The position numbers and the translations under genes were made by a program. A stretch of 52,907 nucleotides of DNA, filler included, from Sphacelaria rigidula (taxonomy: Eukaryota), in NCBI GenBank assembly GCA_964200075.2. It is 3 parts of 3 records of this genome, joined end to end, with 100 filler letters (N's around TTAATTAATTAA, not from the genome) between each part and the next. Parts side by side here need not be neighbours in the genome. Positions count along the whole stretch, not along the records: positions 1 to 17,578 come from CAXNAA020001039.1; 2 more parts are not named here. One strand, written 5' to 3'. Within the stretch, counting starts at the first letter, position 1. Each line of letters starts with the position of its first letter. The notes beneath the pieces were generated by a model, which was not told where the DNA came from, did no database searches, and saw nothing but the letters and a program-made list of their open reading frames with translations. Below, in pieces: positions 1 through 10,277 of this stretch.

Positions 1-839
1 TATCATGATGTCGCTCTCTCTCTCATCTCTCACTACTCGTCGCGTGGTCGAGTCTGCGTGACTTGCCACTGCCAGCTCGGAAACGAAAATGCTTTGTGTT
101 GATTACTTCAAATTTTAAGATTACATGGTATTTCACTGTTTGTGAGTGACGCCATGTGTGCCGTGTCATCTCTACAGCATCCGTCCGCTGTTTGAAAAAC
201 ATGAAGAACGTGTCACACCGAGGGTGGGTCCTCTGTTCTTTCGGAACAATTTTCACTTCGAAATGCCCACCCTGGCGGTAAAAAGGGGTCACGTTTCCCG
301 GAGCTTTGGTGGAATCTGATCCTTCAGTAGTCCTGATGAACGAAGAGGGGAACGCAGCGGGAGGACTTGAAAAAAAGGACAAAAAAAATGAGTGCACTGT
401 CTGTACTGTTGTTTTATTTAGGCTCCCGTGTACATACAACAGTACATTGTCATGTGTACAGTCCTGTCTGTAGGCCATCACTCACTTTGCTGTAGAGACG
501 GCGCAGCGCACATGGTGGTAGCGATGGACTAAACAAAAGTAACGAACAGCAGAACATGGTATCGTCGCCATGATGTTGTCTGTCCTGGTACACGCCACGC
601 TCTCTACCTCGGTTGTCTGTGCTTCTCCAGGTATACAAAGTAGCACCTACTCCTTTCCCTTCATAATTTGTCGGTGTGCATCATACATGGATGGAGGATG
701 GAAGTAAGCGAGTACAGAATCTTCAAATTTCGAACAATGAACACCCAGCATTTTCGTTTTCGAGCCGGCAGTGGCAAGTCACGCAGACTCGACCACGCGA
801 CGAGTAGTGAGAGATGAGAGAGAGTGCGACGTCATGATA
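1..839. mobile_element. Long inverted-repeat (TIR/foldback) element; left arm probably extends beyond the window start
   Basis: Bases 1-~120 (tatcatgatgtcgc...ctcactactcgtcgcgtggtcgagtctgcgtgacttgccactgcc) are the near-exact reverse complement of ~720-839 (ggcagtggcaagtcacgcagactcgaccacgcgacgagtagtgagagatgagagag...catgata). No credible ORF lies between the arms. Confidence 0.75.
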
Positions 840-934
840 CTGTTGTACTAATATACCCTGCGTTGGTTGTGCTGGCTTGAATTGAAAGTGTGACCCAGGT
901 TGCACCACGATCGGGGTCGTGGTCATGCAGCCCT

Positions 935-986
935 GACTAGCCGCAAGTGTTTTTGCCATTGACTAGCCGCAAGTCTTTTTGCCATT
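935..986. repeat. 26-bp tandem duplication
   Basis: gactagccgcaagt(g/c)tttttgccatt x2, inside a short segment bounded by ataccctg (~853) and cagggtg (~991) that resembles the CACACCCTGG MITE ends. Confidence 0.85.
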
Positions 987-1195
987 ATCCCAGGGTGCAC
1001 ATGAAGTTTGAAAAAGCAGTTTGCGGCTCATGATGACAGGTGGCATCTCGAACGTTCAAACCGAACCCGTAGGAACTTCCTCACCCACGCCACAGAGCGC
1101 GGAAAGCTCGTAAAGTATAGAGTGTTTGCACTCCAAACCCTCCAAACGCATGACTAGAAAAATGGAAGCGAAGATGCTGACATGAAAAACGTGTG

Positions 1196-1760
1196 TAAAA
1201 TCAAGTAAGAGGCAATGCTGCGTTCTCAGATGTTGAGAGAACGATATGACCCCGTTTCGGTGTACTCTAAAATCGAGTAAGAGGCAATACTGCGTTCTCA
1301 GAGCTTCTGGGAGAATGAAATGGGCGCGAAAAAACTTACTCTAAAATCAAGTGAAAAAGATGAAAAACTCTTCAACGGCGAAAAAGATAAATGAAATAAT
1401 TGATATATGTTCATGTATTGTGACTTGTGATACTTTGAATTTTGGTCAGAACCCTCTACTGACTGTAATTTTATGTTTTTTTCTTTCTTAGTTCACTCGT
1501 ACGTCGTACACGTCAAAACGCAAAAAGTCACTACTGTGAAAATCAAAATTATAAACATACATTCCTTAACTTGTGAAACTTTGAATTCCTGACAAAATCT
1601 TCTACTACTGCTTCTTTCCTCTGTTCCTTCATCTCTCAATTTTACACGTACTTTCTACACGTCAAAACGCAAAAGCTCACTGCGGAAGCCAAAAGTATAA
1701 ATGTATGTTTGTTGAGTTGTGACAATTTGAATTTTCGTCAGAATCATCCACTGGTTCTAG
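1196..1760. repeat. Degenerate tandem repeats (72-74 bp unit x2-3, then 146 bp unit x3)
   Basis: taaaatc(a/g)agtaagaggcaat(g/a)ctgcgttctcaga at ~1196 and ~1268, partial at ~1342; ttgtga.a.tttgaatt at 1425, 1571 and 1717, with cacgtcaaaacgcaaaa in the first two units. Confidence 0.8.
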
Positions 1761-2989
1761 TTTGCTGTTTCTTTCACTTCTTTTCGGCTACCGCACAACG
1801 TTTCTGCTTTTTGATGATGCAATCTTCGTGTAAAGATTTCAGGTTCTCTTTCCTCTTGAAAACGGGCGGTGAAAGCTGGTTGGGCTTCAAAACATCGTTC
1901 AAACTGACCCAGCTCGAAGAAGCGATCCAAACGAAGTTGATTTATGACTGTTTTCGAAAACATTCAGCTTTCGTCCAGTTATGTGTTTGTATTTCATTTG
2001 CACCCGTGGAGAAAAAAGCAACGAAAGTTTCGTGGTGGACGGTTTTCACCCTCGTGCCGCCTACATCTCACATGCACTTTTAGTAACATGTGATCATATC
2101 GGAGCACCTGTAGCCACCATCATCATCATGATCACACTCCACAACCGCACGATCACATGTATATCACAGTGCAGTCGTGATGTGTGTAGCATGATGCTGT
2201 GAGTAAATCAAACTGAGAAAGAGTCCAACTGACTGTACACTCTTTCTTGAGGGGGGAGAGGGGAAGGGGAACGCCGTAACAGTCGCGGATAACACACCAA
2301 AATCGCTAATACCAACGGGGGGAAATTGCCCATACAATACGGGCCCGTCGATGAGAAATTCTTATATCGGCTAACGCTCGAAACCCCGACGTGGAGGTTA
2401 CCATGAGCACAATTTCTCAGATGGCCACTTCTTGTTGTCAGCTGCGTTGAACCCGATAATTTCTTACATCGTCCTTTTCCTAATTTAGCACTTCGCCACC
2501 CCGCGATGCTGCAGAATGTATCATCTCAATCCATTGTACCTCTTACAAGGCAGGAAGCTCATCTGGGCTGACCAAGGAAGCCTTGGGACTTCAGTTTTCC
2601 TGAGCAAACTACTTTCGAGCGAAGCCATTGGCCACTTTATGGTTCGCCAGCAGATGCTCCGTTGCAGACGCGACTGCACCCTTCATGTTTGTCTGGGAGT
2701 CAGCCCTTACCAGCTGCGAGCTGGGCCAGCTTCAAGCATTTTGTGGCGCTTGACCAGCCTTGTTTGGCCCATTTTCAAGAGCTAGAAGCTGAAATTTTGA
2801 CTCACGGTTTATATCGTCAATACGCAAAAACGTATTGTAGCAGCCAACTCCCCCCGCCCCCCCCTTGCAAATTAAAGCCAGCTCAAGATTCTGAAAGATT
2901 AACAATGTTAAAAGGCAACATATGTTGATATCTTCGGCTGCTGCATGACTTTTTTGCGTATTGAGGGGTAGAACATACCACAGGCACCG

Positions 2990-3565
2990 TAGGTAAGGTA
3001 CCGTACCGAGCGTACCCCCGGTATTTAACGGGGTATCCCATACCGTGCTATGCGTAGGTATCGTAGGTATGACATTTGAAAATACCGGATTGGGCGGTTA
3101 CGGTAGGTACTGAAATCTCTAAATATCCTGGTATCGTAGGTATCGTAGGTATGAGTTTTGGAAATACCGGATTGGGCGGATACGGTAGGTACTGAAATCT
3201 CGAAATACCCCGGTATCGCAGGTATCGTAGGTATGACATTTGAAAATACTGGACTGGGTGGGTACGGTAGGTATCGAACTATCGAACTATCGTGGTATCG
3301 TAGGTACAGTATCGTATGTATGACATTTGAAAATACCGGATTTGGCAAGTACGGTAGGTATTGAACTATCGAAATACCGTGGCATCGTAGGTATCGTAGG
3401 TATGACATTTGAAAATACCGGATTTGGCATGTGCGGTAGGTATTGACATGTCGAAATACCGTGGTATCATAGGTATCATAGGTATCATATTTGAAAATAC
3501 CGGATTGGACCGGTATCGGTAGGGTATGAGATGCCCCAAATACCGGTACCGGGTGGGTATGGAAC
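2990..3565. mobile_element. Non-autonomous element with six ~82-bp internal tandem units and imperfect inverted ends
   Basis: The g(a/g)aaatac core recurs at 3078, 3160, 3242, 3329, 3411 and 3493. Left cggtatttaacggggtatcccatacc resembles the reverse complement of right ggtagggtatgagatgccccaaataccg. Confidence 0.75.
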
Positions 3566-3637
3566 ATAGCGTGTAGGTTTTTAGCTCAAAAGTCCTCTTA
3601 ATTAGATTGTATATGACAACTTTCGTCTGACACCACT

Positions 3638-3717
3638 GCACCCCGTTGTCTACCTCGTACAGGAGACGTCCATAAGGGTAGGAGGTCACGAGTTCGAATC
3701 TCGACAGATACTTTTTT
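3638..3717 (+). other. tRNA-like / SINE-head sequence (T-arm/B-box plus oligo-T)
   Basis: ggaggtcacgagTTCGAATctcg forms a T-arm (cgag/ctcg) and is followed by cagatac-tttttt; no complete cloverleaf. Confidence 0.5.
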
Positions 3718-4050
3718 CGTTTTTGTTTGCAGAATCAGTTCCCGTCGTTTAGGGCATATATTTATGCCGTTCATTTCTTCTTCAATTATTTCCAGCGACA
3801 GCGCGCATCAGCATGTCGCTTTTTTCAGCGACAGCGTGTGCATCAGCACATTGGTCTGCACTTGACAGCAATACACGAGCTAGGCCGACCTACACCCCGA
3901 AAACCTTCCACCGAACATGTCTCAAGAATCGCGGCGATATATTGCCAAGTAAACATATCCCTGTGATCGAGAAAACGCCATGCATGTGCGTCGACAGCTC
4001 TTAATGTACTCAGGGTGCTCATACAAAGCATTCATACAGATATATCGGAG

Positions 4051-4135
4051 AAAAAAACCTGCATCTGGTAGGAATCGAACCCACTTTCTTTCCACCCCAA
4101 TGGTGACAGTCTGATCGCTAGACCTGCCGCTGGTA
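4051..4135 (-). other. tRNA-like / SINE-head sequence (T-arm/B-box plus oligo-T)
   Basis: Minus strand reads gtgggTTCGATTcctac-cagatgcagg-ttttttt; no complete cloverleaf. Confidence 0.45.
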
Positions 4136-7100
4136 TGATCACTCGAAAACGTCGATGCGCGGCGCAATTTTTCGATTTTCGGTATGAAAACATCACATCG
4201 TCAGATGAACAATACTTGGGCCTACTCTGTCAAAGCGATTATGCAAATTTTTACATTTTTTTACTCAAGAATATTGCATCGCCCTGAGTTTGGGTTAAGA
4301 GAAGAATAAAGCAAGATGGCTTTGACAGGGTAGCTTTATGTGTTGTTTCCTTGGTGTCCAATTTTCACCCCGACATTCAAAAACTCACGCCGCGCATGGC
4401 CCGTGCCCTGTGGCGACGGAGCCTTGGCCGGCCCATCTCGTACTCGCACCGGGTTAATTCAGGAACCTGGAAAAAAAGTATCGTGTGCTAGAGAACTGTG
4501 AGCTTGTACGCTGGCCCAGCTCGTAGGCCTTCCAGACTGGTCAAGCGATCAACTGCTCTCCGCGACGATGTCATTATCCACTTACCGTTGAGATGAGGTC
4601 TGCACTAGGAATGACATGTGGGGCACTTAGACAACTCCTTATTGGTATGGAAAAAAGTCTCTCTGACAGTCAAGCAACGTCTATTTTAGCGTGTCGGCAC
4701 CGAGTTTTGCCCGAAAGAGAGGGCTGGGCAGATTGTGCCGCCTTGGAGAGGCTTGCTGCCCTCTCCGAGAGGATTCCAACGAACTTTTCCGACCTTTTGT
4801 ACGCCCAGTTTGACTGTTGACGGGCATCAGCGACGAAGCTTTGCTGACTCTAGTTTAAGATGGTACAGAGAAATGTAGTTGCACTGTCAATGCGGTTAAA
4901 CAGTAGAACAAAACTCCGCCGTAAAGAGTGTAAATTGCGATGATCAATATCTTGACTGCGAGTATCTATGCGGACAGCATCCGAATTTGACGGATTATTG
5001 TGGTCGGTGTAGAACGGAGCAGAGCGATTGGAAAGTGACCCGTAAAAATTGAAGTGTCAACGTTGCTGCAAAGAGCATCAACGTGGAATTGATTATCATG
5101 CTTGGGAATAATAGAGATTATAATAGCACTTGTCAAACATTCGAGTCTGAGTTATACGCTGTATACAGTTACCCTTGTCGTTCGTAGGTCTGTGACGATG
5201 CCACATCCATCCGTCCGCGAAAACAATGATTCGAATGAAGCGGCGTTTTCAACCGCGATCAGAAAGAGGAGAATCAAAGTCACCCACTTCTCCTGTTTCT
5301 CGTCGGAAGAACTCGATGTTCCTTCTGTGCCTGTGATACAGCTACGGAAACAGACATTTGGGAGGGCATGTAATGTTTGTTCTGCGTGCTTGAATACAGC
5401 CGTCATGGCGATTCGAATGTGCGTACGCGTTACCCGTTGGAGCTGGTGCGAACGGTTTGATCAGCTGACAACGTTGATCAGGATCCAAGTTATTGGACTA
5501 ATATCACTTTCGCTGCATACCATAACGCCCGCGATTTCCATATTTACACCAGGCCTAAGCTAGCGTTGCAGTGGTTTTTGCTAGTGCACGTATCGAAATT
5601 CATGTCGAGTAGGCGGCTCAAGACTTTCAAGGCCATCTGCATATGTCAGGCTTCCCATTGCGCCGCCGCGCCCCGGTGGTCAAACTGCAGAAGCTCGCTC
5701 ATCAACGCTATACTCTCCTACAGTAGCTGTGGGTGGACTTTGGGGGGTGGAATACCGAAAGTAGTGTAGAGTCTTTCCCTGGTCTCCGAGCTCCGAAACC
5801 GTGACAATACAAGGAGAGTTGAAGATAGATACTGTAGACTAGTTCGATGAAACTTGCCGATACCATGGTCATGACCTCACGCTCGACAACGCTCGACACT
5901 AGAGTAGAATGCGAGGCAGGGCGGGTACCGAGGGAGAGATGAGAGGAGAGTTGATCCCTTGACACCACGGGCTCGTCATGAGGAGGAGGGGGTGCGGGGG
6001 GGGCTATGAGTATGACCAAATACAAAAATACATCGTTATTTCCGCATATCAGCCCGTTCTCTCGAACGCATGGCCATGGACACAGTACATGATTTTGCAC
6101 ACACGACACATCCCTGAAACATATTTTCGTCATTCGTACTTTCACAACCACATATATCGTACATCATCTATGGTACATGGGTTGACAGCGCGTGGTTACC
6201 TTGTATCGCCCCGCTGACTCGGAGCAGGATCTCAACGGGCTTCGATCGCGGACTTTCAGGAAGGCAGAGGATATACCGCAAGATGCGGCAGGGTATTTCC
6301 TGCAAGAGCTGATCAACTCAGCAATATATCAACTGTCGCTTCTGGCTCTTCTGGTATTCGTTCGGCCCGAGGCGGAAGAGCCGCAATGTTTGCCCGAGGA
6401 CCAGTATCGACGCTCGGAGGAGGTTCGGGCTTCAATGATGTTCATATGCTTCCAGTTGTACCTCTTCGCCCTCGCCTACGCGGTTGAGATCGACATCGTG
6501 TTGGTGAGCTACAGTAGAAAATATGTTCAGGATGCATGTATTTCCTACTGTTCCTCTGGGCGGCCCCTCGATCGGGTCCATGCTCGCGTGTGAGTGTTCT
6601 GTTATATTTCATATCTTCTTTGTGCATTTGTTTTTATGGCATTTCGAGAAGATATATATCGTGAAATTTTGTGAGGTGGTGGTTATGTTTCGCGGTGGCG
6701 GCACATTGGACAAAGCATGTGCTTCCGAGAGGCACCTGACCCACCCATGACAGGAGCATTGCGGCGTGTCGACAACGTTATCGCGCGGACTGGCCCATGC
6801 ATTGTGTCCGAATCAAAGCTTTATCTGCCGCTATATGCGATGGGTTCCCTCTGCTTTCAGTGGGTACAATAACCCCAGTGTTGGAAGAAGTGCGGCCACG
6901 CGGGATTTGTGCCAAGCTATGTTTCCTCGCGCATCCCCCCGTCACTTTGAACATCGGAAGGAGTAAGGTACGACGTCATTCAGATGGAGATCATTTCAGG
7001 TTTTTCCAATCTTTCTTTTTATTTTTCCAGTCCTCCAATTTATCTGTTTTGGCTGCGACGGTCTATTATCTAGTCTGTTGATTCAGAAGTGATCACCGAT

Positions 7101-7502
7101 GTGAAAGAAGGCTAGACTGGCGCCGTTTGTCCCCAACTGAACAAAAACACGAACCGATTTTCCTGAGAGGGAGTCACGCGGATTTCACGTTCGAAATGTT
7201 CGTGCGGTTCAGCAAAGGCGATTGGCAGTTCTGATTCTGTGAGATGAGCTTGAGTGTACGGGATCGTCCCGCTACTTGACTTGAAGCAGTGTCTCGGGCT
7301 ATTCATCACTCGAGGTTTGAGAATTCAAAGCCGAAATTAAGTGGAGAGCTGCGAAAAATTATCGGAGGATCCGTCACTGGAGCATCTATTTTGTTTCGGC
7401 AGTTTTCTGGTTTGTATCTTCTCATATTTACGCATCATGTCTTACCTTTGATTTCATTATAAATACGAGCTGGGCCAGCCCAAAAGCGGATTTGTAGTTT
7501 GC

Positions 7503-7774
7503 AGGCGAATTCGTAATTTTTCACGTAGAGTTGGACACTGAAAATTGGTACGGACAATCAACAGGACATACAAAAAGGGTTATGGCGAGTCCAAGAGTTA
7601 TTTTATTTTCTGGTGATTTAACGGCATTTTACTAAAACCTGAAAACTGATTATTGCCCCTAACTCATGAAAAAAGAAAAAATATTTGAGACCCGGCATCA
7701 TTTTTTTTATGCCCTGTTGATTGCCCGTACCATATTTCAGGGTCCAACTCCAAGTAAAAAGTCGCGAATTCGCC
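7503..7774. repeat. Inverted repeat with ~75-bp arms and ~125-bp spacer (DNA-transposon-like palindrome)
   Basis: aggcgaattcg...gagttggacactgaaaattggtacggacaatcaacaggacata versus tatgccctgttgattgcccgtaccatatttcagggtccaactcc...cgaattcgcct. Confidence 0.8.
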
Positions 7775-7980
7775 TTTTTCATACCCCAGCCGATGGAAAT
7801 TCGGAACAATATTTTGTAGGCCGTCTACGGGCTCACGTTTGGTGCTTGTGTTTTGAAACTCTGTGCGGGACCTCGGTAGGTCCTGATGAACCACGAAAAA
7901 TGGATCACGTTGGTTTTGATATTTTTTCCCCCGCTGGTTTATGGTTTAGGGCATTTAAGTATGGTAGCGACCATTTTTTC

Positions 7981-8970
7981 ACACGTCGGACGAGCACGAG
8001 TATGACTCGTGGCACTCGCACTCGTTGGGCTGCTCGTTGGCCGTAAAAATTAACAGGGCGAGCACTCGAGTCGTTGATCGTTGTGAAAAAAACTAATAGG
8101 GCAAGCACTCGATTCATTGCCCGTTGTGGCAAAAAAGCTAGTAGGGCGAGCACTCGAGTCATCGCTCATTGTGGAGAAAATTAGTAGGGCGAGCGCTCGA
8201 GTCAGTGCTCGTTGTGAAAAAAATTAATAGAGCGAGCACTCGAGTCATCGCTCATTGTGGGAAAAATCAGTAGGGCGAGCACTCGAGTCATTTCTCCTTG
8301 TGGAAAAAGGTAATAATTAGGCGAACACTCGCCGGTCGCCCCGGTGGCTCAGTTGGTAACCTCGAAAAACCTTTTGACGGTTGGGTCGTGGGTTCGATTC
8401 TCAAAGGGATCTAGCTTCTCACACAGTGCCCAACAGTGAAGAGCGACTATGTCGTTGGTACACAAACTCGACCCAACGGTCGACGAGGGGAAGGGATTCC
8501 TGGAGCCCTCTCGCGATAAAAAAGGAAGGCGAGCACTGCAGAAGGAAAGTGAAGAACTGAAACAAATAAAAAGAGCTCATGTGTAGACCTTCCTCCTGTG
8601 TGACACCGCCTGGTGCGTCCACATTTTCCGAAATGTGTAGACCGATGTTCACAATAAATGGGACGACAACACAACACACTCGAGTCATTGCTCGTTGTGG
8701 AAAAAAAATAGTAGGGCGAGCACTCGAGTCGTTGATGGTTATGGAAATCAATTAATAGGGCAAGCTCTCCAGTCCTTGCTCGTTGTGGAAAATATGAATA
8801 GGGCGAGCATTCGAGTCATTGCTCTTCGTGGGGAAAGAATAATACTGTAGGGCGAGCACTCGAGTGATTTCTTATTGTAAAAAAAACTATTGACTCGAGC
8901 GCACGAGTCATTGCTCGTTGTGAAAACAATTAATGACTTGAGCGCACGAGTCATGCTCGTTGTGTTTTTT
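7981..8970 (+). mobile_element. Interspersed element carrying a ~43-bp palindromic tandem array (copy 1), interrupted by a SINE
   Basis: Unit gggcgagcactcgagtcat(c/t)gctcgttgtggaaaaaattaata starts at ~8056, 8099, 8144, 8187, 8230, 8273 and 8319 and resumes after 8676. The same leader and array occur at 41750-42595. Confidence 0.85.
8332..8675 (+). mobile_element. tRNA-derived SINE, apparently full length
   Basis: A-box tggctcagttgg, B-box ggttcgattc, 3' tail gggacgacaacacaac, 7-bp TSD acactcg (8325-8331 and 8676-8682); three further copies in the window. Confidence 0.85.
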
Positions 8971-9767
8971 GAAAGGGCAATGGCCTGTAAAAGCTACACC
9001 TTCTCGTTTTTTGCCCAAGAGAGGCAAGAAACATGGCCAGAAACGCGAAAACAGCCAAACACGCCATTTTGACCGTTTTCGCTCCGAATTGTTCATGCAC
9101 AACATTCAGGGGGGCATTGACTCCCGGGCCTCTATATAAAAATGGAAAAAAACAGGTTACTCGAAAGATATGGCCACGCGAAAACGGACGTCTCGCCTCC
9201 AGAAACCGCTCACCTTTCGTAGGCAAATTCCGCCAAGGTATACCTGATCTAGGAATTCTTTTTCAGTAGTACCTTATCTGGGCCACCGATCGGCGGAGAA
9301 CGTACCTTCGCTGGGCCATCGCTCTCTACACTGTACCTGATGCGGCACATCGCGCGCAAGGGAGTCTACGCGCCAACTCCAACCATGGCGCCCACACAGT
9401 CAGCTTTTTTCCCGCTCATTTGCCGTTCACGGACGCCACAACGACCACGCCCCTTTCTCGCCGGGAACGGTTCCCGAGTTTCTCCGCATCGACACAATAA
9501 CTGGACACACAACTCACAGCGCGTCGGTCTTTTGTGATCCGGTGGGTTGTGGAACACTGTTGTACTGTTGCGATCTCGGGGTGTCAGGGTCAAGCTAGGC
9601 TCTCCCACCACCAACGGGCGGTTGTCGCATCATCGATGGTTGGTTCAAGCAAAGGATACAGTACTGGTCGTCACGCATATAGAGATGGGGACAGAGCAGT
9701 AACACCGTTCGGCACTACAGTACAGAGCAACGTGCACCCAACGAAAACACCCGTTGAACGAGGATAG

Positions 9768-9882
9768 TTAACCCTATCTTATTTGACGGCGAGGGTAAGT
9801 CACCTGCTGAATCGCCATCAATTTCACCGGGACAAGTATGCGTGATCCATATCGGATAACCGCATCGTGGTCTAAGGGTTAA
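9768..9882 (+). mobile_element. piggyBac-like MITE
   Basis: TTAA-ccct...aggg-TTAA ends; internal sequence shared with copies at 10177, 13833 and 50993. Confidence 0.8.
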
Positions 9883-10176
9883 CTAGCGTCGGGATACAAG
9901 TGTTCATGTTGACAAAACTTCACGAGTACCGCTATCCCTAACTCTAGCCCCGACCCAACGCATACCGAGAACCTTCGGGCAATGGCGGTACATAGGATTC
10001 CCTTGGCAAGGTCGTGGTGGACCCTAAATTGGTGCCTATGGCGCCGATTTCAACGAAAACGCGTTTTGCGCATGCGAGGAGCGCACGGGACTGTCAGCCC
10101 CACTGGAGATCCGATTCTCGTTGTACACACTCAAATAAAGTAATATCAACCATGAACATTATTTGTAGCTCAAAGG

Positions 10177-10277
10177 TTAACCCTTTGACCGCAACCGTAG
10201 GTCACTTGCTGAATCGGCATCAATTTCACTTGAAAAAATATCGTGATCCAGGTGACTACCCGCATGCCAGTCCAGGA
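10177..10277 (+). mobile_element. piggyBac-like MITE, right end decayed
   Basis: ttaaccctttgacc...ggtcacttgctgaatcggcatcaatttcac...cgtgatccaggtgacta matches the family. Confidence 0.7.

Noticed and set aside
3025-3689. ORFs with YDTYDT / IPTIP repeats
   Set aside because: Translations of the 82-bp tandem array, whose period is not a multiple of three.
8332-8410. Functional tRNA gene
   Set aside because: A and B boxes are present but there is no proper acceptor or anticodon stem, and it continues into a repeated body with a tail and TSD, so it is a SINE head.
8056-8970. CRISPR-like array of palindromic repeats (also 41820-42530)
   Set aside because: Units are contiguous and separated only by A-tracts, with no unique spacers and no cas genes, in a eukaryotic context.
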